Shown here in pieces: positions 37,826 to 46,788 of a stretch of DNA of 64,000 bases. Source of the DNA: Solirubrobacterales bacterium. GTDB taxonomy: Bacteria; Actinomycetota; Thermoleophilia; Solirubrobacterales; JACPNS01. The stretch lies in assembly GCA_051306435.1 (NCBI GenBank), contig JBPPNF010000012.1:1908-65907 (forward strand), in the 5' to 3' direction. The position numbers and the translations under genes were made by a program. The notes under the pieces were generated by a model that saw nothing but the letters and a program-made list of their open reading frames with translations, had not been told where the DNA came from and did not search any database. Numbering within the stretch: the first letter of the stretch is position 1; each line of letters starts with the position of its first letter.

Positions 37826-38148
37826 TGGCTGAGCCGCAGTCAGAACTCGATGCAGTGCTCCAGGAGCTCGCCGAACCCCAGGGATTCGACGCAATCGAAG
37901 AGCGACTCTCGGCCGTCGCGCCGCAGCTTCAGGAGTTGCTCGACGGTGCCCTGAACGCGGGCGGCTGGTTTGACGACGCGCACGAAGCGATCGTCCTGAA
38001 GACGGCCACGCAACCCGATCCGGACCAACGCATCGCGGAGCTGCGCAACTTCGTTCTCGAGCAGACACGGTTGGGAATGCTCGTCGGCGTGGCGGTCGGC
38101 TGGGAGCTCGCAGAGCGCCTCGAAGCCAGGCGTTCAGCGTCGTCATAA
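37825..38148 (+). CDS. Hypothetical protein
   Basis: 107-aa ORF with GC-biased codons, coupled (TGATG) to the upstream gene. Confidence 0.7.
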   Translation: MAEPQSELDAVLQELAEPQGFDAIEERLSAVAPQLQELLDGALNAGGWFDDAHEAIVLKTATQPDPDQRIAELRNFVLEQTRLGMLVGVAVGWELAERLEARRSASS

Positions 38149-38165
38149 AGGAGTAATCTTCGGCG

Positions 38166-38567
38166 ATGCGCTCACGACTTCCACTCATCCTCATCGCCCT
38201 GACCATCCTTTTCTCGCTTGCCGCCGCCGGCTGTGGCGACGACGCCTCAGACAACGCGACGCCGGTGCCGTCAGGTGCCACGCAGAGCACCAGCGAAGGC
38301 TCCACCGGCTCCGATGGCGCCGCCAGCGCCTCGGCACAGAAAATTCTCGATACCTGTCTCGAGGCAGCTGGTGCCCTGCCGGACGCCGACAAGGCCGCAG
38401 ACGCCAAGAAGCGCTGCCAGGACTCCTACGACAACATCAAGGAATCCTCAGAGAAGATCGATCAGGCCACAAGCGACGCCCGCGCCAAGTGCGAAGAAGC
38501 CGCGAAGAACATCCCGAACGCGGAAGCCAGGGCAAGCGCGCTCGAGGCATGTGGAAAGTTCAAGTAG
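38166..38567 (+). CDS. Lipoprotein with Cys-containing helical repeats
   Basis: Lipobox AAAGC; Ser/Thr linker; C..A...D....KKRC and KCEEAAK..ALEAC repeats; AAGGAG RBS. Confidence 0.75.
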   Translation: MRSRLPLILIALTILFSLAAAGCGDDASDNATPVPSGATQSTSEGSTGSDGAASASAQKILDTCLEAAGALPDADKAADAKKRCQDSYDNIKESSEKIDQATSDARAKCEEAAKNIPNAEARASALEACGKFK

Positions 38568-38588
38568 ACGACAGGGGGCGGATCGCAC

Positions 38589-38735
38589 CTAGTGGTGAAT
38601 CCACTCGGTGCGATCCTTCCAGTCGTGTGCCATCAGCAGCCCGCCGGCGACGGCGAGCACTGCTCCGGTGAGACCGTGGTGGAGTCGCCATCCTGCGACC
38701 CAGACCCTCTGCTGATCCCTATCCCATCTGACCAT
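38589..38735 (-). CDS. Small (48 aa) membrane protein absent from the ORF track
   Basis: Manual translation MVRWDRDQQRVWVAGWRLHHGLTGAVLAVAGGLLMAHDWKDRTEWIHH; purine-rich RBS region; one TM flanked by HH and HD. Confidence 0.6.
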   Translation of the reverse strand: MVRWDRDQQRVWVAGWRLHHGLTGAVLAVAGGLLMAHDWKDRTEWIHH

Positions 38736-38831
38736 TGCCCTTACCTCTTCCTTGCTTCAACGCCCGTTCCTGAGCTGCTCGAACGTGAGGCTTGTCCTGT
38801 TGACTACTTATCGGCATTTCCGCGAGGCGGA

Positions 38832-39317
38832 ATGAGCATTTCACATACCTGTAAAACGTATGTTGCGGTCGCGGTTGCGGTCGTTTCTCTGATTGCTTCA
38901 GGTTGTGGCGATTCGACCGAACAGCCGTCCACAAGCGGGCCGACCGGCACAGGCGCAAGTGGTGCTGCGACGCAGCAGGCGACGGCCCCGTCCGCGCCCG
39001 CGGAAGCTGGTCCGGCAACAGAGGAGGCGGACCTCGCGCCGGTCGATCTCCAGCTTGCTGACGGAGGGTTTGCCGCCGACACTCCCAGGACTTTCCACGT
39101 GCCGTCAGGGTTCCTGATCGTTGTCAGCGCAAAGAACACGGACGACAAGACGATCCGCCTGAGCGTGATGGCCAGGTCGATCGCCCAGACCTTCAAGATC
39201 CCCACCGGTGAGACCCAGAAGATCACGATCGCATCGCTCGATGCGGGCGAGACGGCGAAGCTGATTTCAGGACGGGCAACGATCAAGATCGCTGCCGACG
39301 CAGAACCCGGACCGTAG
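38832..39317 (+). CDS. Lipoprotein (possible Ig/cupredoxin-like beta domain)
   Basis: Lipobox IASGC; Pro/Ala/Thr linker; beta-rich C-terminus; GAGG RBS. Confidence 0.7.
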   Translation: MSISHTCKTYVAVAVAVVSLIASGCGDSTEQPSTSGPTGTGASGAATQQATAPSAPAEAGPATEEADLAPVDLQLADGGFAADTPRTFHVPSGFLIVVSAKNTDDKTIRLSVMARSIAQTFKIPTGETQKITIASLDAGETAKLISGRATIKIAADAEPGP

Positions 39318-39324
39318 GCCCGAG

Positions 39325-40818
39325 TTACGCGGTCGGACCGGCTGCGGCGCCTCCACCGGTGACGTCACCGGTGGAGGCTTCCGCCGCGTCGGTGACGCCG
39401 GTCTGGCCGCTCGGTGCCGGTGTCGTGCTCGGCGGCGCGACGGTCGTCGGAGCTGACTCGCCACCGGTCGGGAGACCGGGGGACTCGCTGGCGCCGGACG
39501 GGGCTTCGATGCCCTGCTGGTCGCCGAGCGAAACGGTGGTGCTGTCCTTCTCGACGACCGGCTTGGACGCGTCGATGGTGCCGTCGCTCGTCAGCGTTTC
39601 GGCGGGAGCAGTGACGGCGGGCTCGGCCGAGCCTGTTGTGCCGGTCGGGTCGGCCTTTTCCTTGACGGGCGCGACCGCAGCGACTGCGGGGCTTGCGCCG
39701 CCGGTTGCGGCCCGGTCGATGACCGCGGGTGCGCTCTTGGCGATCGGGGCCGTCGAGTCGACCTTTGAAGTGCTGACGTCGTGGCGTGCCACCTGGGCGA
39801 CTCCGCCGGTGACGATCGCTGCTGCGACGAGGCCCGTTCCGACCTTCGCCGCGACGGCGCCGAGGCCGGCGAGCGCTGCGCTTGATCCGGCCGTTGCCGC
39901 GCCCGCGCCGGCCGCAGCCGTGGTGGCGCTGGCGACGGCGCCGGTGCCGGCGACTGCCGATCCACCTGCGGCGCTTGAGCCTGCGGCAGTTGCACCGCTG
40001 AAGAGCTTGAGTCCGACGATCGCCTTGAAGGCTGCGAATGCTCCGACCGGGGCGAGCATCGTGAGCTTGCGGTTGGTCGTGGAGAGTTCCTTCTTGAAGG
40101 AGCGGCAGCGCTCGCAGTCGCTGACGTGGCGACGGGCGGGTGAAGTGAGTTTCTGGAGACCTTCGGCGACGGCGCCAAGTTCAAGGCGGACTTCGTCGCA
40201 GGAGAGGCGTCGCGACTCGGCGGCCTCGGCCAGCGAGACGCGGGCACGAACGAGCAAGGACTTGACGCTCGGGATCGAGGTGTCCATGGCTTCGGCGATC
40301 TGGTCGTAGGAGAGGTCGCCCATCTCGCGGAGCATCAGCGCGGTGCGCTGGGTCTCGGGGAGACGCTTGACGTCGTCGACCAGGTCGTCGAGGTCGAGCT
40401 TGTCGAGGACGCGGTCGGCGGTGGCGACTGCCGCGCCACCCTCGAAGACGTCCATCGAGTCGACGCCGGTCGGGCGCGGACGACGCAGGTGGTTCAAAGA
40501 GCGGTTGCGGGCGATGCGGTAGAGCCAGGGGCGAACGTTCAGTTCGCGATCGTCGGCGAGCATCGCACGGTAAGCAGAGACGAAGACTTCCTGGAGGATG
40601 TCCTCGGCGTCTTCGGTCGATCCGACCATGTGACGACAGAAGGCCAGCAGCCTGCTGCGGTAGCGGTCGATCAGGGTCTCGAAGGCGGCCTCGTTGCCAC
40701 GTCGGGTCAGCGAGACCAGGCGCTCGTCTGACTGCAGACGCAGAAAACGGGCGCGCGGATCTTGCAGCAGCGCGGCTGACGCGGAAGGGGCGGATTCTCT
40801 CAGGACGGAAGCTTCCAT
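39325..40818 (-). CDS. ECF sigma factor fused to a zinc-finger (ZAS-like) domain, TM and low-complexity tail
   Basis: Sigma2 AFETLIDRY..DAEDILQEVF..WLYRIARN; sigma4 LPETQR..SYDQIA..VKSLLVRAR; C..HVSDCERC. Confidence 0.9.
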   Translation of the reverse strand: MEASVLRESAPSASAALLQDPRARFLRLQSDERLVSLTRRGNEAAFETLIDRYRSRLLAFCRHMVGSTEDAEDILQEVFVSAYRAMLADDRELNVRPWLYRIARNRSLNHLRRPRPTGVDSMDVFEGGAAVATADRVLDKLDLDDLVDDVKRLPETQRTALMLREMGDLSYDQIAEAMDTSIPSVKSLLVRARVSLAEAAESRRLSCDEVRLELGAVAEGLQKLTSPARRHVSDCERCRSFKKELSTTNRKLTMLAPVGAFAAFKAIVGLKLFSGATAAGSSAAGGSAVAGTGAVASATTAAAGAGAATAGSSAALAGLGAVAAKVGTGLVAAAIVTGGVAQVARHDVSTSKVDSTAPIAKSAPAVIDRAATGGASPAVAAVAPVKEKADPTGTTGSAEPAVTAPAETLTSDGTIDASKPVVEKDSTTVSLGDQQGIEAPSGASESPGLPTGGESAPTTVAPPSTTPAPSGQTGVTDAAEASTGDVTGGGAAAGPTA

Positions 40819-40950
40819 GTAATTACTATCGACAGAAACCCCGTTGAAGTAACAGAGTTTCGGCGTTGACCATCGGATCTCACATTACGCCAAACATGGG
40901 ATTAACAATCCCAATCGGCCTGTCTGAGCGGTATGTTGCCCTGCAGCCCC

Positions 40951-41032
40951 GCCTGGGTGGCGGAATTGGTAGACGCGGCTGACTTAAAATCGGCTGTCTT
41001 CGGACGTGTGGGTTCAAGTCCCACCCCGGGCA
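40951..41032 (+). tRNA. tRNA-Leu (anticodon TAA), CCA not encoded
   Basis: GCCTGGG/CCCGGGC acceptor; GGCGGAATTGGTAGACGC D-arm; GCTGA-CTTAAAA-TCGGC; long variable arm; GTGGGTTCAAGTCCCAC. Confidence 0.95.
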
Positions 41033-41049
41033 TCACGCCTCGCTCGCAA

Positions 41050-42966
41050 ATGCGCATCTTCAAATTAACCCTGTACACGCTCGCGGCGATCGCGATCACG
41101 GCCGCTGGTGTCGGGCTCTTCTACGCGCAGATCCACAACGATCCCGACGCGCGTCAGTTCAGCGACAGCGACAGCGGGAAGTCGATGTTCCTGCTCGATG
41201 TCACGAGTGGCTTTGACGTGAAGCGCAACGGCGAGCTTGAGGTCACCGAGGAGCTCACCTACGACCTCGGCAGCGAGGAATGGCGCGGGCTCTACCAGGA
41301 CTTCATTCTGCCGCCCGGAGTCGAGGTGAAGAGCGCCGACGTCTCGCGCGTCAGCCTCAGTGGCTCGATTCAGCCGCTGGGTCCCGGGAGCGGGATCAAG
41401 CTGGGCGTCGGCGGGGCCTACGGCAGCTTCGGCGCCGGCGTGATCAAAGACCCCGATCGCCGGCTGCGCATCGTCTGGAACGTGAAAGACACCGGCAGGC
41501 AGAAGTTCATCGTCCACTACGAACTCACGCGCGCGGTGAAGAACTACCGCGATGCATCGACGATTCTCTGGGACGTCTGGGGCACCGGCTGGGAGACCGG
41601 CGTGGCGGCGATGAACATCGGTGTCCGGTTCCCCGGCGAGATCGAGCTCTTCTATCCCCGCGCCGGGGATTTTCAGCGCCGCATCCGCAACGCGAAGGTG
41701 AACGGCCGCGTCGGGACCTTCTCGGTGACCAATCTGCCGTCCAAGCGTCAGGTTCAGATGCGCGTCGCGGCCGAGCCCCTCCGGCGCATGCCGCAGGAGC
41801 AGTCAGACATCCTGCCCGAGCTGAAGGCCGAACAGGCGACGATCGACAAGCGCAACGCTGGATACGCCAAGCGCACAGCGGAGCTGCGTGACGAGTCATA
41901 CGTCTCGTTCCTGATCAAGTCGCTGATCGCCGCGCTGATCGGGCTGCTGGTCGTCTTCCTCTGCTGGGCCTGGTTCGGCCGTGACAGAACGAAGATGATC
42001 GAGGCGGGCGGCACCTACCAGTACCCGCCGGAGAAGATCCCGGCGCCGGTGATCGCGAAGGCGCTCGGCGGCGCCGAGACCGAGAACCTCGTTTCCGCGA
42101 CGCTGCTTCATCTGCTGCAGCGCGATGTCTTCCGCGTCCTGCCGTCGGTGGAGAAGAAGGAAGACATCTCGATCCGCAACAACGTCGGCGAGACGACCTT
42201 CGACACTTCGAAGGTCGAGTCGTACGAGTTGCCGATCGCCGAGATGCTGCAGGCCGGTATCGACGCCCACCCCGAAAAGTCTCCCGACTTCCTCAAACTG
42301 AAAAAGTACATCCCGGCCGGAACCGCCGAGTCGAAGATCGCCGCCTATGAGAAGGCGCTGAAAGCTCAGCAGTCGGCGCACGCGCTGAAGTCGACGTACC
42401 GCGGGCGCGTGCGGCGCTGGTTCATGGGAATTCTCGCGTCGCTGCTCTACACCGGCGGGGTGATTGCGATCCTCGGCACCGATGGCGGCAACGCGGCGGC
42501 GCGCTACGACGACATGCGCATCGGGCTGTTCCTCGTCGGATTCTCTCCGGTTCTGCTTTTCGCTGCGATCGAGGGCAACGCTTTCTATCGCCTGAAGGAC
42601 GAACAGGCCGAGCGCGTGCGCAAATGGGAGACCTACCAGGACTTCTTCGCGAAGATGGACATGAGCCGCGACTACCCGCTCACCGTCGAGATCTGGGACG
42701 AGGCGCTGATCTACGCAGCTGCCTTCGGCTACGCCAAGAAGGTGATCACCAACATGCCGCGAACCGACAGTGCGGGCACGCCGGTCGTCAGCGACGTGAA
42801 CAGTGCGGGCATCGGTTGGATGGCAGGCAGCGCCTTTGCCGCGAGTTCGATCGGCAACATGACGTCGGGAATCAGCGGCGTCACCGGGATGGCGAGTTCG
42901 TCGTCCTCGGGCGGCGGTGGATTCAGTGGCGGCGGTGGCGGCGGCGGTGGCGGAGGCGGCTGGTAG
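41050..42966 (+). CDS. DUF2207-family membrane protein
   Basis: N-terminal signal/TM; VTEELTY..RGLY..I; WDVWGTGW; WDEALIYAAAFG; Gly-rich SSSSSGGGGFSGGGGGGGGGGGW end. Confidence 0.88.
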   Translation: MRIFKLTLYTLAAIAITAAGVGLFYAQIHNDPDARQFSDSDSGKSMFLLDVTSGFDVKRNGELEVTEELTYDLGSEEWRGLYQDFILPPGVEVKSADVSRVSLSGSIQPLGPGSGIKLGVGGAYGSFGAGVIKDPDRRLRIVWNVKDTGRQKFIVHYELTRAVKNYRDASTILWDVWGTGWETGVAAMNIGVRFPGEIELFYPRAGDFQRRIRNAKVNGRVGTFSVTNLPSKRQVQMRVAAEPLRRMPQEQSDILPELKAEQATIDKRNAGYAKRTAELRDESYVSFLIKSLIAALIGLLVVFLCWAWFGRDRTKMIEAGGTYQYPPEKIPAPVIAKALGGAETENLVSATLLHLLQRDVFRVLPSVEKKEDISIRNNVGETTFDTSKVESYELPIAEMLQAGIDAHPEKSPDFLKLKKYIPAGTAESKIAAYEKALKAQQSAHALKSTYRGRVRRWFMGILASLLYTGGVIAILGTDGGNAAARYDDMRIGLFLVGFSPVLLFAAIEGNAFYRLKDEQAERVRKWETYQDFFAKMDMSRDYPLTVEIWDEALIYAAAFGYAKKVITNMPRTDSAGTPVVSDVNSAGIGWMAGSAFAASSIGNMTSGISGVTGMASSSSSGGGGFSGGGGGGGGGGGW

Positions 42967-42990
42967 GCCGCAGAGTGCCGGCCCAGGCGT

Positions 42991-44200
42991 GGCAACTGGT
43001 CCGCGATGGATCTCGACTTCGCGCAGGACAAGATTGACTGGAACGAGAAGCTCGACGACTTCATGCGCAGGGCCACGCGCTGGGACTACTCGCTGTTCTT
43101 CTTCGGCGAGGACGAGGTGGCCGATCAGCTCTCTCCGTTCATCGACGCTGCGCCGCTGGAGGAGCAGAAGTACTTCCTGACGACGCAGCAGGTCGACGAG
43201 GCGCGCCATGCGAGCTTCTTCTCGCGGTTCTTCAAGGAAGTGATCGGTGTTGACGGTGTCGGCTACGCGGACCGGCTGAACGCGATCGATGGCGACCTGA
43301 CCTACGGGATCAAGAAGGTCTTCGGGCTGCTGAACACCGTCACCGACGAGCTCCGCCGCGGCGATCATTCCAAGCCCAAGCTGGCGCAGGCGATCGCGCT
43401 GTACCACTTCATCATCGAGGGGACGCTCGCTCAGACCGGCCAGCACTTCACCGTCGACTACCTCGAACGCATGGATGTTCTCCCGGGCTTCCGTGAGGGC
43501 ATGCAGAACGTCGAAAACGACGAGCAGCGCCACATCGCCTTCGGCGTCAAGCTGCTCGCCGACCTCAACCGCCAGGATTCGGAAGTCCGGCCGGCAGTGC
43601 GCGAGATCCTCGGCACCGTGATGCCCTTCTCACCGGGAGTCTTCCGCCCACCCGACGACGACGACCGCTACGTCGAAGTCTTTGGCGAGACAATGGTCGG
43701 CATCGCGGTGACGGGAATGCGCCAGTTTGAGACGCGCGTCGGCGCTTGCGGGGCTTCAGGCGTACGGCCCGGAAGGCGTGCTGCCGTTCATCGACCCTGA
43801 GACGAGTCATGCCGAACGCGCCGCCCGTGCGTTCACGATGCAGCGGGCAGGGTTTTTCAGCGGTGGCACCGAGCCGATCAGGGCCGATGACGAGGCGCTC
43901 GACTTCTACTTCGATCTGGTCGCAGCCGCGGTCAGGCCCGACAACAAGCTCAAGAGCCCGACGACGATCTTCTGGGACTTCACCGACGCCACCCCGAGGC
44001 ACATGCGCATCGACGGGGCGAACGCAACTGTGGCGACCGGTCGCACCGAAGGCGCCGACGTGGTGTTCCGAACGGACCTCGCCACCTGGATCGGCATCTC
44101 CGGAGGTTTCGTTCAACCCGGCCGCGCGCTGCTCACACGCAAGCTCAGGATCAAGGGCAGTCCGATGACGCTGGCCAAGCTGACCGGCGTGTTCCAGACG
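42991..44200 (+). pseudogene. Second R2lox fused to a C-terminal SCP2 sterol/lipid-carrier domain; frameshifted and 5-prime truncated
   Basis: GEDEVA, DEARH, YHFIIEG, DEQRH; removing T43747 joins ORF 43006 to the SCP2 frame (IFWDF..ADVVFRTD..KLRIKG); conserved GNWSA lies upstream of the first ATG with no in-frame start before it. Confidence 0.78.
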
Positions 44201-44273
44201 CCCTGGACCAAGCGCAACCATCGCGGTGCCGGGCGGTTAACGTATTGCGCTGACCTTCCCTCAGCCTCTCGAT

Positions 44274-45716
44274 TTGTCTCCAAAGCCGCACACACACTCC
44301 GCCCGCGCGCTGCGCCGGCTCCTACCGGTGCTCGTTGCCGCCATCTGCCTGCCGCTGTTTGCGGCCGCTTCCGCTGGTGCAGTTGCATTCGAGTGGGAGG
44401 GCGCGCCGATCACCGGCGTCGACCCCGGCTCGATCGCGACTGATGCTGCCGGCCGCGTGTACGTGCCGATCCGCAATCAGGCAAAGATCAACATTTACGA
44501 CAACGCCCGCGGCGGCAACCGCCTGCTCGCGAGCATCGGCTCGGCACAGCTTCAGGATCCGATCGCCGTGGTGATCGACCTGCGCGGCTACATCTACGTC
44601 GCCGACGCGGGCAAGAATTCGATTGTGGCCTTCACGCCGTACTACTGGGGCGCGACCTATCTGGCCACCAGTGGTAAGCCCGGCCCGGCGCTCGGCGAGT
44701 TCGCCGGTCTGCGCCAGCTGGCGGCCGACCTCGAGCCACGAATCTACGCCGCAGAGGCCGACAACGGCCGTGTGCAGTCGCTCGACCCGGCGCGTGGAGC
44801 GCTCACCAGTCTTTTCGCCTTCGGCGTGACCGACCCGGGGCCGTGGGGACCGCTCGCCGGCATCGCGATCGACGACAACGAACGAATCGTCGTCTCGAGC
44901 GCGAATCCGACCGACGCGCCGCGCCTCTACAACGGCAACGGCGCTCTGGTCGGCAGTATCGAATCCGCAGGCTCGGCCCCGGGCCAGGTGTCTGGCCCGC
45001 TCGGCCTGACCTTTGATCCGGCGCACCGCCTGATGGTCGCCGACACCGGCAACGATCGCGTCGATCTCTTCAACTCGGTCGCAGGCGGGCTCGGCTACCT
45101 CACGCAGTTCGGCACCACCGGATCGGGCGACGGACAGTTCAACGAGCCGGGATCCGTTGCAGCGGCGCCAGGCGCTCTGGCCTACGTTGGCGACACCGGC
45201 AACGGCCGCGTTGTGCGGCTGCGCTACGACGATGCCGATCGTGACTCGGCGCTCGACGCGTCAGACAACTGCCTCGGAATTTCAAACTTCGCTCAGGGCG
45301 ACATCGACGCAGATCGCATCGGAGACGACTGCGACCCGGACGTCGACGGCGACCTGTTTCCGAATGCGAGCGACAAGTGCCCGTTGCTGAAGCCCTGGAC
45401 CGACCGAAACAAGGACGGCTGCCAGGACCCGTTCTCAAAGCTCAGCCAGCTGCGCAAGGCCGCCGCTGCTGTGACGCTGCGCGGAAGCGCCAGTGGCGGT
45501 TCGCTGGGTCTTGCGCGCGTGGAGGTCGCGATCGCCCGGCCGGGCGCGAAGCTCCGTTACGTGCGGGCCAGGGGCACCAGACGTTGGAGCCTGCGCGTCA
45601 GTACACGCAAGCTTTCGTCGGGCAGGTACCGCGTCTACACCCGTGCGATCCAGAAGCGCAGCAGGCTCGCTGAGGCGTCAAAGGGTGCCCGGGCAAACTT
45701 TCTCATCTCCCGCTGA
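44274..45716 (+). CDS. Secreted NHL-repeat beta-propeller with thrombospondin type 3 Ca-binding repeats
   Basis: Signal peptide; YVAD.GN.RV repeats; DADRDSALDASDNC, DIDADRIGDDCD, DVDGD..PNASDKCP. Confidence 0.88.
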   Translation: MSPKPHTHSARALRRLLPVLVAAICLPLFAAASAGAVAFEWEGAPITGVDPGSIATDAAGRVYVPIRNQAKINIYDNARGGNRLLASIGSAQLQDPIAVVIDLRGYIYVADAGKNSIVAFTPYYWGATYLATSGKPGPALGEFAGLRQLAADLEPRIYAAEADNGRVQSLDPARGALTSLFAFGVTDPGPWGPLAGIAIDDNERIVVSSANPTDAPRLYNGNGALVGSIESAGSAPGQVSGPLGLTFDPAHRLMVADTGNDRVDLFNSVAGGLGYLTQFGTTGSGDGQFNEPGSVAAAPGALAYVGDTGNGRVVRLRYDDADRDSALDASDNCLGISNFAQGDIDADRIGDDCDPDVDGDLFPNASDKCPLLKPWTDRNKDGCQDPFSKLSQLRKAAAAVTLRGSASGGSLGLARVEVAIARPGAKLRYVRARGTRRWSLRVSTRKLSSGRYRVYTRAIQKRSRLAEASKGARANFLISR

Positions 45717-45802
45717 GCGATTTCAGAGTCGGCCGTGCGTGAGATGGCGGTCACGCATGCTCGCTCTCATCGATATGTATACTTGCCCCGAACTTGCCGC
45801 CG

Positions 45803-45978
45803 AGCTCGTTGCGTTCCTGACGCAGCGGGGCGGGGGAACCACTGTTCGAAGGTTTCACTCCAGAAACCCGAGAACCGGGGCGAATCGACTTCACCTCATC
45901 TGAGGCACCGGTCGTAGCGCGACTCTTTCAGCGCGAGCCCTTCAGCTAACTCCGTAGGCCTGTTCGAAAGAGAAGCAA
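45803..45978 (+). ncRNA. c-di-AMP (ydaO/yuaA) riboswitch
   Basis: GGGGCGGGGGAACC...GGGGCGAATC...GTAGCGC...GCGCGAGCCCTTCAGCTAACTCCGTAGGC follows the ydaO consensus; upstream of a cell-wall lytic gene; TATACT -10 at 45778. Confidence 0.85.
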
Positions 45979-45994
45979 CAGTCGTACCCCATAA

Positions 45995-46696
45995 ATGAAC
46001 TTGCCTGCGCCTCGCGCTGACATTCACGTACCCCGGTACCCGCTGCTCGCAGCATTGACCGCCGCCATCATGGTTGTGCTGGCCCTCGCCTGCGGCTCCG
46101 CTGCTGCTGCCGAAGCCGGGCCGATTTCTTCGACCGGCGGCTCCGGCTTCATCGTCCAGCCGGTCACCGCCCCCAAGGGCGCCTTCGCCGGCAAGCCCGC
46201 GACGCTGAACGGCCACCTCGCCGACGCGACGGCAACGATCTCGATCACGGTGAAGCGCGGCAACTCCGACTGGTTGCCGATCGGCACTGCCGAGGCCGAC
46301 GCATACGGCGACTTCACATTCACATGGACACCGCCCAGGTCCGGGCGCTACAACTTCCGTTTCACCGAGGACGGCGCAACCACAGCTACAGACGATGGGC
46401 CGCCGCAGGGGACTGTGTCGGTCTACCGTCGCCAGAAGGCGACCTGGTACGGACCGGGATTCTACGGCAACCGCACCGCCTGTGGTCAGAAGTTGACCAG
46501 GCGCACGCTCGGCGTTGCGCACAAGACCCTTCCCTGTGGCACCCGTGTTGAGTTCTTCCTGCGCGGAAAGAGCATCACGCTGCCGGTCATCGACCGCGGG
46601 CCGTATGCCAACGGCGCAACGTGGGACCTGACGCTCGCGGCGATGAAGCGCCTCGGCAGCTCAAGCACTGAAGTTCTCGGCGCCCTGGCGCTGTAG
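45995..46696 (+). CDS. RlpA-like (DPBB) lytic transglycosylase with an N-terminal Ig-like domain
   Basis: ATWYGPGFYGNRTACG, VAHKTLPCGT, VIDRGPY, WDLT. Confidence 0.92.
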   Translation: MNLPAPRADIHVPRYPLLAALTAAIMVVLALACGSAAAAEAGPISSTGGSGFIVQPVTAPKGAFAGKPATLNGHLADATATISITVKRGNSDWLPIGTAEADAYGDFTFTWTPPRSGRYNFRFTEDGATTATDDGPPQGTVSVYRRQKATWYGPGFYGNRTACGQKLTRRTLGVAHKTLPCGTRVEFFLRGKSITLPVIDRGPYANGATWDLTLAAMKRLGSSSTEVLGALAL

Positions 46697-46708
46697 ATCC
46701 TTCTGTAT

Positions 46709-46731
46709 GAATCCGGTTCCTGACCGGATTC
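46709..46731. terminator. Hairpin after rlpA (terminator or operator)
   Basis: GAATCCGGT-TCCTG-ACCGGATTC; no clear U-tract. Confidence 0.45.
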
Positions 46732-46788
46732 GACCGGAGACCTCATAGAGTGTCGCCCAAGCGGTACGCCCCACACCGCCATTTGGAC

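Noticed and set aside
38677-38689. TGGTGGAGTCGCC resembling a tmRNA/tRNA 3-prime end (att site)
   Set aside because: It falls inside the 48-aa ORF (GWRLHH codons) and has no T-arm context.
40933-41049. N-terminal extension of the DUF2207 ORF as given in the track
   Set aside because: It runs through the tRNA-Leu gene; the real start is ATG 41050.
42901-42963. GGC-repeat tract as a contingency locus
   Set aside because: It encodes the normal Gly-rich DUF2207 C-terminus, and triplet changes would not shift the frame.
41896-43533. Long antisense or alternative-frame ORFs (e.g. 41896-43533, 10426-11613, 56414-57556, 60914-62137, 62472-63827, 56815-57624)
   Set aside because: Shadow ORFs of real genes caused by high GC3; no recognisable domains.
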